Below, piece after piece: positions 36,431 to 48,799 of a DNA stretch of 64,000 bases (position 1 is the stretch's first letter; every line of letters begins with the position of its first letter). The position numbers were made by a program, and so were the translations under genes. The stretch lies in contig NC_086097.1 of assembly GCF_963921235.1 (NCBI RefSeq), positions 126,110,001 through 126,174,000 on the forward strand, given 5' to 3'. The notes beneath the pieces were generated by a model. That model was not told the origin of the DNA, did not search any database, and saw only the letters and a program-made list of their open reading frames with translations. The DNA is from Mobula hypostoma. Lineage: Eukaryota.

Positions 36431-38251
36431 TACCCACTACACTATCACACTAAATGTATCACAATAACCATTTTGACACCATTCTGAAATAATAGCATGT
36501 TGTTAATCACCAAACTGAAGAAACATACAGCACAGTGGGAGGATCATCTGGCCAATTATAGGCAAAACAATTTAGTCTATCCCTTTGTCACATCTCTTAG
36601 TTTGTTCCCTTATAGAAAATGGCACTTCTATTGCATTGATCTTTTCCACTTCCAAAATGCTTTTAAACAGTGATTTCCAGATCCCACTATATGTTGGTTG
36701 GATATTTTTCCACAACTCCCATCAGGGAAGAGGCCACGCAGCATCCACACCAATGGTTGAGATGTCCCAATCATTTTGATTCCATTCCCCATTCCTATTC
36801 TGACAAGCTGTCAGGCTGATCAACCCCCTCCCATACGACCCCCCCCCACCACTACTTTATAATTTCCTGTCAAAGTCATCTTATGTACAGATACTCCTGT
36901 TTCTAACATCACTTTATGTATGTACAATCAGTCTATGTATGTAAGCTAATCAGACGTATTTATATTTATTGTTTATTATTGTGTTCTTTAAGCTTATTGG
37001 TGTTTTTTTCATACTGCATTGGATCCGGAATAACAATAGTTTTGTTCTCCGTTGCAATTGTGTAGCAAAGAACAACAATAAACAATCTTGAATCGTGAAT
37101 TTAATCTTTCCACTTTTTCCCTTGAATCTTGTACTTTAGTTATTGACCTATTTCCTACATGAAGTAGTTCCTTCCTCTTTACCATGTCTCGACTTACAAT
37201 CTTATACAAAGTGAAAGTACATATATGTTGCCAATTACTACTTAGATACATACTCTGACAAAAAATTACTCTATTATGACTGTATGCTTGACAATAGCTG
37301 TATTTATATATACAGTACAGCTCTGTTAAACCTTTCTTCCACCACCTTTGTTGCAACAAAAGTAAGTCCAGCTGAGCTAATCTTGAAACTAAAATTCTTT
37401 ATCTCTTTCAGCATTCTTTTCAATCTCTACTATACCCTCTATAAAGCTGTCATCTAAGGAACTTTAGTCATGGCCTAAATAGTGTCTTGCCTATTTGCAG
37501 CATGACTTTGCTGTTTATGTATTTTATTGCTCAGCATGGACTTGGAGACTCCTTTCTTCAAGCATAGTTCAGTCCCTGTCTGCTTTGTTTGTGTGCCCCA
37601 AATGCATTACTTTACCTCAGTTTTCTGGATTGAATTCCATTTTTGCCCACCAGACCAGTCATGCAATTCTTTATTAATAATTATAATTCTAATCTTGATA
37701 TTACTTGCAAACTTCTTAATTGTGGTTATGCCACAAAAAAGGAACTGAGCACTGAACGATACAGAAGCCAAATGTATGCAGTTTCCAGTCTTGTATACAG
37801 CTTCCAGTATGCAAGACTTTGGGGGGGTTGGGGTGGAGTGTTTAAGTATGTGGAAACAGGACTTTCTAAGGGATGTGGAGGGGTTAGTTAGCAGGGCTAG
37901 TTGTATAAAATATACAAAATGAAATTGTGTAATTACAAACCATTCATGGTAGGATCACTTAATATAGAGCAGGTTCTTTCAATGCTGGAGTGAAAAGTGT
38001 TGGAGAAGTGGTTGAGGGAAGTCCAATTAATGTTACACCTCTTAAAAAGTACTCACTTCAGCTTGAGAGCATTCAGTGTTTGTTTCATATGTTCCAATTA
38101 ATAAGGACCTGTTCCACCAGGCCAATGCAGAACTTATCACAAGATCAGTTTTCATTAATTAAAATCATTTTACTTTGTAGCAATAATGATATCTGTTCAA
38201 ATTGTAGAAAATTCATTTCAATACTTCTTTGAAATTTACTACTAAGTGGTA

Positions 38252-38498
38252 GACACGGTTTAGCGTAGCGGTAGCGCAATGATATAACAGTGCTAGTGAC
38301 CCAGATTCAATTACTCCATTGTCTGTAAGGAGTTTGTATGTTCTCCCCATGACCACATGGGTTTCCTCCGGGTGCTCCAGTTTCCTTTCACATTCCAGTG
38401 ACGTACAGGTTAGTAGGTTAATTGGTCGCATGTGTGTAATTGGGTGGAGCGGGCTCATTGAGCTGGAAGAGCCTTTTACCATACTGTATCTCTAAATA
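38252..38498 (+). mobile_element. tRNA-derived V-SINE (HE1-like)
   Basis: A-box-like TAGCGTAGCGG, B-box-like GATTCAATTAC, V-domain GGGTTTCCTCCGGGTGCTCCAGTTTCC. Confidence 0.85.
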
Positions 38499-38500
38499 AG

Positions 38501-39197
38501 TGTAATGCCCTGGGTAAGATTTCTACTACTACGCCGTGAGGTATTTTGTTTTAGTAGTTTTCTGTAAAGTAGTGTGTGTTGCTCGTAAGAGTGTTTTGGC
38601 TTTGGCTAAAGATAAGTAGCCATGTTGTCCAACTTAACAATGTTGTGTCAGCCCATCGGGACTGTCAGGATACATGTTGTAACTTTCTGCCCAATGGGAT
38701 GCAAGGGAAGTTCCGAGCAAGCTGAGTGGAAAGAGATTTCTGAAGGACAGTAGTGTGGTTTGGGATCTTTTGGTGGGAGGTGCAGAGAGAAGAACACCAG
38801 GGAAGACACCTGGAGGGTCCCATCTGAAGGGGAGACCCTAATGCAAGAAATGCTTTGTGAGATGAAGAATTCCAAGAAGGGAAGTTCTACCTGTGGATTC
38901 AGCACCATGAGTAAAGCAATTCACCCAGTTACTACAGAAAAGAGCTCCAATGTTTATGTGTTGTTATTTCCCTGTGACCGATAATTGTGTATGAGCAATA
39001 TTTACACAACATTCACTATAATCAATGTTCCTTAATCAGAACATCCCATCTGTCCTGTTTGGTTGAAACCCAAATCCTACTGACCCTAGACATATATTGT
39101 TTATGAAGGGTAGCCTTCTTAGTGCTGAGTCACGTGGCTGTTAACAGACTTAACTAACAAGCCAAATTTGTATATGAGTGCCAGTGAGAGGGTTACA
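38501..39197 (+). repeat. 5' LTR
   Basis: TGTAA...TTACA termini; homologous to the 3' LTR pieces. Confidence 0.92.
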
Positions 39198-39201
39198 TTT
39201 G

Positions 39202-39219
39202 TGGGGGCTCATCTGGGAT
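39202..39219 (+). promoter_or_regulatory. Primer-binding site, tRNA-Pro
   Basis: TGGGGGCTCATCTGGGAT versus canonical PBS-Pro TGGGGGCTCGTCCGGGAT (16/18, both differences CpG transitions), 4 nt after the LTR. Confidence 0.9.
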
Positions 39220-39329
39220 TCAGATGCTGACTGAATGCTGCTTAAGGATTTATTAAGCAAGTTTATTTGTGTGTTTAAGCCAGTGTTTAAATTAGTGTTT
39301 GCGAAAGTGAAGTGACACCATAATTAAAT

Positions 39330-40930
39330 TAATTTATTACGGTTGCTGGGGGTTAAAGTTTGGTGTGATTTGAAGAGAATATCAATAAGCAAACAACATA
39401 CACAAAATGCTGGTGGAATGCAGCAGGCCAGGCAGCATCTATAGGAAGAAGTATAGTCGACGTTTCGGGTCGAGATCTCGAACTGAGACATCTACTGTAC
39501 TTCTTCCTATAGATGCTGCCTGGCCTGCTGCTTTCCACCAGCATTTTGTGTGTGTTGCTTGAATTTCCAGCATCTGCAGATTTCCTCGTGTTTGTGTCAA
39601 TAAGCAATGCTTGTATTCTGAGCGGGGTGGATATTAAAATTCCCGACAAACTGCTAGATAGAGAGCTGAGTTCTATAAAGGTATTGAGGAAAGTTATGCT
39701 GATTGAACGGTGTTTTGACCAATCAGCTGGTAAGGATGTCATGTAGTCCAGGCTACCAATGACATGACTGAAGTTACACTGCCTGATAAGATAAGGGCAC
39801 CTGGAGAGGCGGGGCCCATGGGCAGTCCATAATTTTAGAGAAAGGGAAATGTAGCTGAGGGTGAAGACTTCAAAGACAACTTGCTTTTGTTTCTGCGAAG
39901 TAAGGGAAAGTGATTGTCTGATGTGAAAGGTCTAATGGGTCCTTCAGTGGTTAATTTAAATTCTGAGCTGGTTTTGGCTATTACATCACTGGTTGATAAA
40001 TACCAGAGTGTACCTGCAGAAAGCCGAAGTTATCATAGGCTGAGAGTGTTCTCTGGAGTCAAGCCTACCCTTGGTGGGGAAGAAGAATGTGAGGCTTGGG
40101 TAGAGCAAACATCTCACTTACTGCTCAGATAATATGAAAAGACAGGGACTGGTAGAGAGTTTAAAAGGTCTGGCTGCTGAAGTGGTGAGGTCCCTAAAGG
40201 CAGAAAACCTGTTGTCACATCTGTGAACTACAGGCAAGTGTTTGAAAGTATTTTGGCATGATGGACAGCCCAGCTGATCCTGTGATGAAGTTTAGGCACA
40301 CATTCCAGGAGAAAGGGGAGAAACTTTCTGCCTACCTTTTCAGTCCAGAGAGATAGCTGCTTTGCTTGTGCTGTAAAGGGACTGTTCATTTGGCTGTGAT
40401 AAATTGATTAAGGATGGAGCAAGTTGTGAAGGGCGCACTGCCACATGATGTGATTGCTTTAAGCATTCAAATGACTCTCAAGATGTGTCCCCCTCCCTTG
40501 TTTGTTGAGCTGATCAGGGAAGTTGAAGAGGAGGAAAATATGCTGGAGGAGTGGGAGCCTTCCATCAGTCGGTATATGTCCAGGTAGTAGCCTCTGTTGC
40601 TGAAGTGACCCCTGATGCCATACAACTGGGGGTTTTGCAAGATAAAATGAAAAACCTGCAAGCTGAGGTATCTAGTTTGATGTCGGCTAGTGCTGCAACT
40701 AAGCGTGACAAGTCTGATAGAAAACCTGACCCACCTGTGAGACATCCTAAGCAGAGGAATTCTGCTGAAAGTGGCCTTTGACATGGGAAGCGACCAGTAT
40801 TTTCTGTTATGACTGTGGAGAAGGTGGACAATTCAAGCGGAAGTGTGAAGGACAGGAAAACCTTCAGAAAGTAACCCAGTAGTTGCTTAAACAAAAAAGG
40901 AAGTCGGGAAAATTCAGAGAGACCCAGTAA
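39330..40930 (+). pseudogene. gag remnant, PNMA/Ma-like capsid plus zinc knuckle
   Basis: YHRLRVFSGVKPTLGGEEECEAWVEQ (39914-40132); FCYDCGEGGQFKRKC at 40802-40846 (CCHC with H to Q). Confidence 0.8.
39393..39596. mobile_element. Penelope-derived fold-back element with 11-bp TSD, nested in gag
   Basis: Inverted arms of about 80 bp centred on CGAGA|TCTCG (39471-39480); direct repeat TCAATAAGCAA at 39382-39392 and 39597-39607. Confidence 0.88.
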
Positions 40931-43900
40931 AGGAATGCTCTGGCATTCTGGAGAAAACACATTCCAATCAGTGTATCAAAGGAAATACTAAAGTGCAAAA
41001 CCCTATTCCCGAAGGTTTAGTGGAACTAAACTCTGATGTATCCATGCAGATTGAGGGTATTTATACTAGAGCCATACTTGACACTATTTCTCAAGTTACT
41101 TAAGAGATCGTTTTAGAAATGGTATTTGGTGCATTTACCACTGACGCCTCTCAATGCCCTAGAAATTTTGGGCCTTAGTACTGATGATTACCAATATGAT
41201 GGTTACTTGTTGAAACTGGAGTTTTCAGAAGTAGATGTTGGAGTAGCTGATACCTTTGATACACCAGCGTTGGTCTGCCTGGATCCAGTTGAAAAAGGGG
41301 AAACTTCCATATGTGGGGACAAATGCTTCCATCATGAGAAGGCTCGTGGGAGCGTGCAAAAAGAGACGGAGGAAATTTTTGAAAATGCTGTCCATTCACC
41401 TGGTGTTCAGAGCTGCTTTTGAGAAGATGCAAGTTCGTCCTAAGCAGGATGATGAGCATATAAGAGGAACTATGTGGTATACCCAGTCCAAACTCGTCAA
41501 GTTACGTCTCAGGGAAGTAGTTAGAGTGACGGGAAATTCCAAATTTCCCAGAATGCTTGATGCTGAGGCCCTTCTGGTGGAAACTCTGGAGGATCACAAA
41601 GAAGAGTTGCGTTTACCTGCTGGAGTGCTGGTGAGATCTGAACTGCAGAAACCTTTGGCTGTCCACACAAACAGGATGACAGTGATTACCAGGAATACCT
41701 CTGAGAGAGAAGTTACCCTCAGATGGGGAATGCCAATGGCACATCTTTTCCCTGTGACAGTAATGTCTAGTTTTCCAGTGAGAACACCGGGAGAGAGACA
41801 GTCTCTTGGATTGGGAAAGTTAACAGCAATGCCATTCAACTTTGGTGACTCCCTGGTACCCAATAAATGGAAAATTAGATTAATTAAGAAGATGTTGAAG
41901 CTCGAAGATGTCTTTTCTACTGTCAAGTTTGATCTTGGTTGCTCTAAGAGTACTTGCCACACTATTAGTGACAGAGGACACTCCTTTCGGAGAGAGGTCC
42001 TAATGGCTAGCACCAGCGAAGGTTGAAGATATTTAGCAGCACCTGCTGAGACTGAAAGAAGCTGGAACTATTATTAAGTCAAGATGTCCCTATGTGTCAC
42101 CCATAGTGGTGGTGAGGAAGAAGAATGGGAATGTACAAATGTGTGCTGATTATCAGACACTGAACCGGAGTACAGTCTCAGACTGTATTGTTCCACAGAT
42201 CAAGGATACTCTGGTCTGCCTGAGTGGAGCAAAATGGTTCAGTGTGTTGGATCTAAGGAGTGGGTATTATCAGATACCCATGAGTGAAGCTTATAAAGAA
42301 AAGACAGCATTCATATGTCCACTTGGATTCTTCCAGTTTGAAAGAATGTCCCAGGGCATATCAGGAGCACTGGCTACTTTACGACGTGTCATGGAGAAGA
42401 CAGTTGGGGACATGACATGCTTGATGTACTGGTGTACTTGATGATCTCATAGTGTTTGGATCATTACTGAAGGAGCATAAGATAAGGTTACTTAAGCTGT
42501 TAGAACACCTGAAAGCTGAAGGTTTAAAACCATAACTGACAAGTAACAGTTCTGTAAGACATCAATCAACTATGTAGGGCACATAGTCTTTCAAGATGGA
42601 GTGGCTACGGATCCATCCAAGATACAGGTGGTAACCACATGGCTAATGGGGCCCAAGAATGTAAGTGCCCTACATTCATTCCTTGGATTCTGTGGGTACT
42701 ACAGGAGACTTGTGAAGGACTATTTCAGAGTAAGTCACCCTTTGAATCAGCTTCTGTATGGTTACCCTCCCTTGGGGAAGAAAGGCAGGAGAATGAGAGG
42801 GGAAAAAGGCAAGGTTTATCTTAGCCCTTTGGAACCTTTCAGTGAAAGGTGGGATGCAAATGTAAAGAGGCCTTTCAGCTGCTGAAAGAGTTGCTGACTA
42901 AAGCACCTGTGCTGGCCTTTGCAGACTGCCCCCAGTTGCCGTATATACTGCATACAGACGCCAGTCGTGGAAGTTTTGGCCGTGTTCTATATAAAGACCA
43001 AGGTAAAGGGTTGAGGCCTGTTGCTTTCATTAGATGGAGTCTGTCACCCCCCCAGACGAAACTATTCCATGCACAAAATGGAGTTTCTGGCATTGAAATT
43101 GGCCGTGGTGGATAAGTTAAGTTACTATTTATATGGTGCCAAGTTTGAGGTGAGGACCGACAACGATCCATTGACTTATATCTTGACCTCGGAAAAGTTG
43201 GATGCCACAGGTCATCGCTGGTTAGCAGTATTGTCTGCTTATAATTTCAGCCTTAAATATTGGCAAGGACGTTGCAACATTTATGCGGATGCGTTGTCTT
43301 GCCATTCGCATGAAGTGCCGGAAATGGACGGAGAGTGGGAGGGTGTTCCTGCCTCTGGTGTTAAAACGATGTGCCAGTTTTTCACAGTGGGGAATTTAGA
43401 GGTCAGGCTGTAGCCTGATAGAGCTGTGGATTATTTGGGAGCTTCTAGTTGTGCCATTCCGCAAGCATATTGCAACTTGACCGCTCTGAATACAAAGCAG
43501 TTACCCACTTTGAGTCCTGTGGAATTGGCAGCAGCCCAGCAAGATGACCCTTATATAAGTGCAGTTTGGTCATCTGTTGTCAAAGGGGATATGGCCAAAG
43601 CTGTGAAGACAAAACACCCTAACATACCCCTACTGATGAGGGAATGGGACAAACTGGAGTTGAGGAACAAGGTTTTAAACATGGTCACGTGTCCTCTAGA
43701 AAGGCCTTGGCATTCCCAGTTGGTTTTGCCTGAGAAGAAACGGATGATTGTACTAAAATATCTTCATGATGACTCAGGTCATTGGGGTTTGAAAAGATCT
43801 ATGGATTGGTCCAAGATTGGTTCTATTGGCCCCGAATGAAGCCTGAGGTCGAAGATTACTGTAAGTCATATATCCGATGTATTCGGAGGAAGACGCAGGC

Positions 43901-44760
43901 TACAAGAGTTCTCCATTATCTCATTTACAGAGTATGTGACCGCTTGAGTTAGTGTGTACGGATTTCCTCTCCATTGAGCCTGATTCCAGTAACATTGCGG
44001 ATGTCTTGGTCATCATGGACCACTACACCAGATATGCTCAAGCCTTTCCCACGAAGGATCAGAGAGCACCCACAGTTATCAAAGTATTATGGAACAAGTA
44101 TTTTGTTCATTATTACCTCCCAAGAAAGATACACAGAGAGCAAGGAAGGGATTTTTTGAGAGTTGACTCATACATGAGTTGCAGAGCATGCTTGGAGTTG
44201 AGAAGTCAAGGACCATGCCATATCACCCTCAGCGTAATCCTTGGCCTGAAAGGTTCAACCGGACATTGCTAGACATGCTTGGGACCCTGGATGCCAATAA
44301 GAGCAAGTGGAGCCAGCATATTGAGCATCTGGTACTCTGGCTACACACTACACTATTTGCTGTTTGGACAGGAAGCGAGATTACTAGTAGATCTCTGTTT
44401 TGGAACTGGTGGTGAAGACTTGCCGCAGAAGACATATCTCATATATGTGTCTGACATGAGGAAAGAACAGCAAAAAGCTTATGAGCTAGCAGCGTTTTCT
44501 GCCACCAAGCAAACGAGAGATATGATCAAAAGTTTAGGTTCTCTCAACTGATGCCTGGAGACAGAGTTTTAATAAGATATTTGGGGCAACCAGGGAAGCA
44601 AAAATTGGCTGACTGCTGGGTTTCTACGCTTTATGAAGTGGAGAGCCAGATGTCAATTTTGCCAGTTTTCCTGGTGAAGCCAGAGGCTGGAAATGATACT
44701 GTCAAAATTCTCTATCCGAATGACCTTTTACCCCTAGGGCAGGAAGTACATGAGTATGTG
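40930..44760 (+). pseudogene. Gypsy pol remnant (protease, RT, RNase H, integrase)
   Basis: AILDTISQVT at 41071; SPIVVVRKKNG..DYQTLN..LDLRSGYYQI; LHTDAS; LAVVDKLSYYLYG..RTDNDPL; HDDSGH; DFLSIEPD..PYHPQRN..ERFNRTL; many frameshifts. Confidence 0.93.
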
Positions 44761-45384
44761 TTGACCCAGAGCCTGACGTGGACCCACAACTAATAGGAGA
44801 ATTCTGCACAGAAGGAGAACAGAAAGGTAACAAGCTGATTTCAGTGGAGAGACCCAAAGAGGAACCAACCACTGAATACTGTACAGTCTCAGAAGATGAG
44901 GAAGTGGGAGTATTGTATGCTTTACTTTATGCAAACTCCCTAAGAATTGATGAAAAGATGTCTGAATTTCCCAGCTCTGACTTAGAGATAGTAGGGAAGA
45001 CTACTGGTGGATAGTCGAAAGACAGTGAGGGGAAACTGGGCTCCAATATAATTTGGGATGAAGCTGAGTGCAGTGACGTGGCAGGGGAACTCAAGCAGCC
45101 AGAAAGTACGAGTGCCAGACGGGGGGGGTGGGGGGGGCATCCCCTAGTAGACTAGAGCGGTCACAAGGATTGGCTGAAGCTGAGGATGAGATAAGGAGAT
45201 CTCAAGAGAGTCAAGAAGCCCCCCAGACAGGCTGGCATATGATGCACAGGGGAAGAAAGTGTGACATGTTACATCCATTTACAAATGGATGGGGGTTCTA
45301 AAATCATGAAATTAATTTGAACACTGTGGTATTAAAAATGGTTAAATGAGTTTCCAAAGTCATGAGCACATGACTATTTCTGAT

Positions 45385-45398
45385 GAGGGGGTTGGGGA
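45385..45398 (+). promoter_or_regulatory. Polypurine tract
   Basis: GAGGGGGTTGGGGA directly before the 3' LTR TG at 45399. Confidence 0.75.
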
Positions 45399-45890
45399 TG
45401 TAATGCCCTGGGTAAGATTTCTACTGCTATTCTGTAAAGTATTTTTATTTCAGCAATTTTCGGTGAAACAGTGTGTCCTGCTCGTAAGAGTGTTTTGGAC
45501 TTTGGCTAAAGATAAGGAACCATGTTGCCTAACTTTGGAATGTTGTGTCAGCCGATCAGGACTGTCTGAGTACGTGTTGTAACTTTCTGCCCAGTGGGAT
45601 GCGAAAGAAGTTCCTAGAGAGCTGAGCGGGAAGGGCAGTAGTGTGGTTTGGGGTCTTTTGGTAGGAGGAGCGCCAGGGAAGATGCCTGAAGGGTCCCAAC
45701 CAAGGGGAGACCCTGTTGCAAGGAGTGCTTTGCGAGATGAAGGATTCCAAAAACGGAAATTCTACCTGTGGTTGGTGATGGGAATTCAGTGCTGTGAGTA
45801 AAGCAATGCACTCAGCTACTACAGAAACAAGCTTCAACGTTAATGTAGACATTTAGACTGGTTAACTGTAATGGGATCTTTATCTTTCTT

Positions 45891-47766
45891 TCAAAGATTC
45901 AAAACAAAAAAGATTCAAAAAACTTTATTGTCGTTCTAACTGTACATCAGCTCTGCAGGGCAGAATGAGACAGCGTTTCTCAGGGGCAGTGCAATCATAA
46001 CATAACAAACGCAACACTAAATAATAAACATAACAATAAATAGTAAAACACAACAGCCACATGTCAGTTAAAATCAGTTATAAGTGTCCAGTGCAAGTTA
46101 AAAGTGTCCAAAGCAGAGTCAGATGGAACAGCTATTTAGCAGTCTGACTGCCTTTGGGAGGAAGCTGTTTAGTAGCCTTGTGGTTTTAGATTTGATGCTC
46201 CTGTAATGTTTGCCTGATGGCAGAAGAACGAACAGTTCATGGAGAGGGTGTGACGAGTCTTTAATGATGTACCGTGTCTTCTGGAGGCATCGACTCTGAA
46301 AGAAGTCTTGGACAGAAGGTAGGGAGACCCCAATAACCTTCTCTGCTCTCCTAACCACCCTCTGCAAGGCTTTTTTGTCAACAGCACTGCAGCTGGAGTA
46401 CCAGGTTGTGATGCAAAAGGTCAGCACACTCTCAACCACACCTCTGTAGAATGTAGTTAAGATGTTAGTGGGGAGTACAATCTCTGCTGGGCCCGTTTCA
46501 CAATCCCAGTGGTGTTCCTGGACCAGGTGAGATTGTCCGAGATCTGCACCCCAAGGAACTTGATGTTTTCACTCTCTCCACTGTGGAGCCGCTGATGCTG
46601 AAGGGTGTGTGCTCAGGCTGAGACTGTCTGAAATCGACAATCATCTCCTTGGTTTTGGTGACATTAAGCATCAAGTTGCTATCCCTGCACCAGCTCTCTA
46701 GGTGTTTGACCTCCTCCCTGTACATAGTTTCATCATTTTTGCTGATGAACCCCACCACTGTGGTATCATCTGCAAATTTAATGATCAGGTTCTCCTTGAA
46801 TCTGGCTGCACAGTCATGTGTTAGCAGTGTAAACAGCAGTGGGCTAAGCACACAGCCTTGTGGGGATCCAGTGCTCAGTGTGATGGAGTCAGAGATGTTC
46901 CTGCCAACACGGCCTGACTGTGGTCTCTCTGTCAAGAAATCCAGAATCCAACGACACATGGCAGTGCTAAGGCCAAGCAGTGACAGTTTCTCTACTAGTC
47001 TCTGTAGGATGATGGTATTGAACGCTGAACTGAAATCAATGTACAGGATTCTGGCATAAGTGTCTTTGTTGTCCAAGTGAGAGAGAACTGTGTGCAGTGT
47101 GGTAGATATTGCGTCCTCTGTAGAGCGATTTGGACGATAAGCAAACTGTAGAGGATCCAGTGATGAGGGGAGGCTGGCTGTGATATGAGGCTTGACAAGC
47201 CGTTCAAAACATTTCATCACTATGGCGGTCAGGGCAACGGGATGGTAATCATTCAGACAGGCTACAACTGATTACTTTGCTACAGGGATGTTTGTGGAGG
47301 TTTTGAAGCATCTGGGGACAATAGCTTGACTAAGGGAGATGTTGAAAATGTCTGTCAGGACATCTGCTAATACGTCAGCAGATTCCTTGAGCATACGTCC
47401 AGGAATGTTGTCGGGACCTCCCACTTTTCATGGGTTGACACTGGCAAGGGTCCTCCGTGTTTGCTCTGGATCAATGATTGGAGCCGGCTTGTCAGATGGT
47501 AAAAAGGGACTGGCTCTCCCCCTTGCTGTAATGTTTGATGCTTTGAAGCAGGCAAAGAAATTGTTAAGCGTGTCTGGTAGAGAGGTGTCGCTGTCATCAG
47601 TTTTCTGCCTGATCTTGTAGTCTGTCAGAGCTTTAATTCCCTGCCACATCTGTCTGGTGTCACCTGTGTCACAGAAGTGTCCATGTATTTTGCCCGCATA
47701 GGCCCTTTTCGCTGTCCTGATCCCTAGTGAAAGCGCAGACCTGGCTGAGCGAAGTGCACTCCTGTC
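45891..47766 (-). mobile_element. Young 5'-truncated Rex1/Babar LINE nested in the 3' LTR
   Basis: RT ORF 46498-47220 ([43 protein letters not shown]); C-terminus 46119-46439; (TTGAATCT)-type tail at the left end. Confidence 0.95.
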
Positions 47767-47925
47767 CTTTTCCAGTTAACTGTTTGATAAAGTTTAAAAA
47801 TTGGTAAATACACTTTCTTTATAATTTTATGCTGGTGTACGATTTGTTATTTCTTGGCGACCAATAATTGTGTCTGAGCAGTAATTATACAGAATTCGCT
47901 ACAATCAATGATCCTTAATCGGAAC

Positions 47926-48799
47926 TGTTATGTACCCCGTAACTGGGTTGCCAAACCAGCAGAAATGGACCACTTAGTTGGAGTCTGGATTACTGGAACT
48001 AAGAAAGTTTTATTAAAGAAATAAGTAACACAGTACTCTAATCATAAGGATATAAATGCAACAGGTTAGCAATGATAAAACACACACGTACACAGAACTA
48101 GGGTAATAGGATCAATCAAGCTCTATCGCAGTCTAGGGGTAAAATGATCAGTCTCAAGTGACACAGAGTTCAGTTCAGTTTAGTTCAGTTCGCAGTAATC
48201 GCTGTTGTGCCGTTGGGGAGAGAGAGAGAATGAATATGCAAATTCTCGATTCAAACAGACCTTGATGTTCCTCGCAGTTAGCTTTCGGGCGAGCCCTTTG
48301 TAATGTCTTCTGAGGTCACCGACTGTGACCCCTCTGTTCCAGATATGATCGTTCTTCTGCGGTGAACCCGGCACCCAGGCAAGGGCGGACACACACACCA
48401 GGTTCCCGCCGATCGTACCTTTCCACCCTGTGCGTCAATGGTCGGTCCCGCGACCAACTTCCAAAAACTTCCACAAACTTCCACCAACTTGTGGGGGGGG
48501 GGGCACAACGCACTTCCAGGGTCTCGTTATCTCGTGGTGTGGTGGTGTCGTGATGTGGTGGTGTCTCTTGCCTTAGCGAACCTATTCCTTTTATCCCCCT
48601 GCTGGGGTATCGCCTGTCCATTAAACTTCAAACAGTTCAGGTTCAAAGCAACCGGTCTAAACAATACTCGGAACTGTGTCTCTTTTCGTTAATCTCTCTC
48701 GTCTCTCTCTTATTAGCATTTTGAATGTTTCCCCCATTTGTCTCTCTCTTATCTCTCTTATCAGCATCAATCTTCTGATAACTTGGTCATTTGGTCACA
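47926..48799 (-). mobile_element. Solo LTR (874 bp) of an unrelated element
   Basis: TG...CA termini; 4-bp TSD GAAC at 47922-47925 and 48800-48803; AATAAA on the minus strand near 48010; CpG retained. Confidence 0.88.

Noticed and set aside
38055..38110. Possible small minus-strand exon (GTGAGT donor)
   Set aside because: Poor polypyrimidine tract and unrecognisable peptide.
38252..38330. tRNA gene
   Set aside because: A/B-box-like motifs run straight into a V-SINE core; no cloverleaf.
39914..40132. Domesticated PNMA gene
   Set aside because: Fragmented by stops and frameshifts and embedded in a complete LTR-gag-pol structure.
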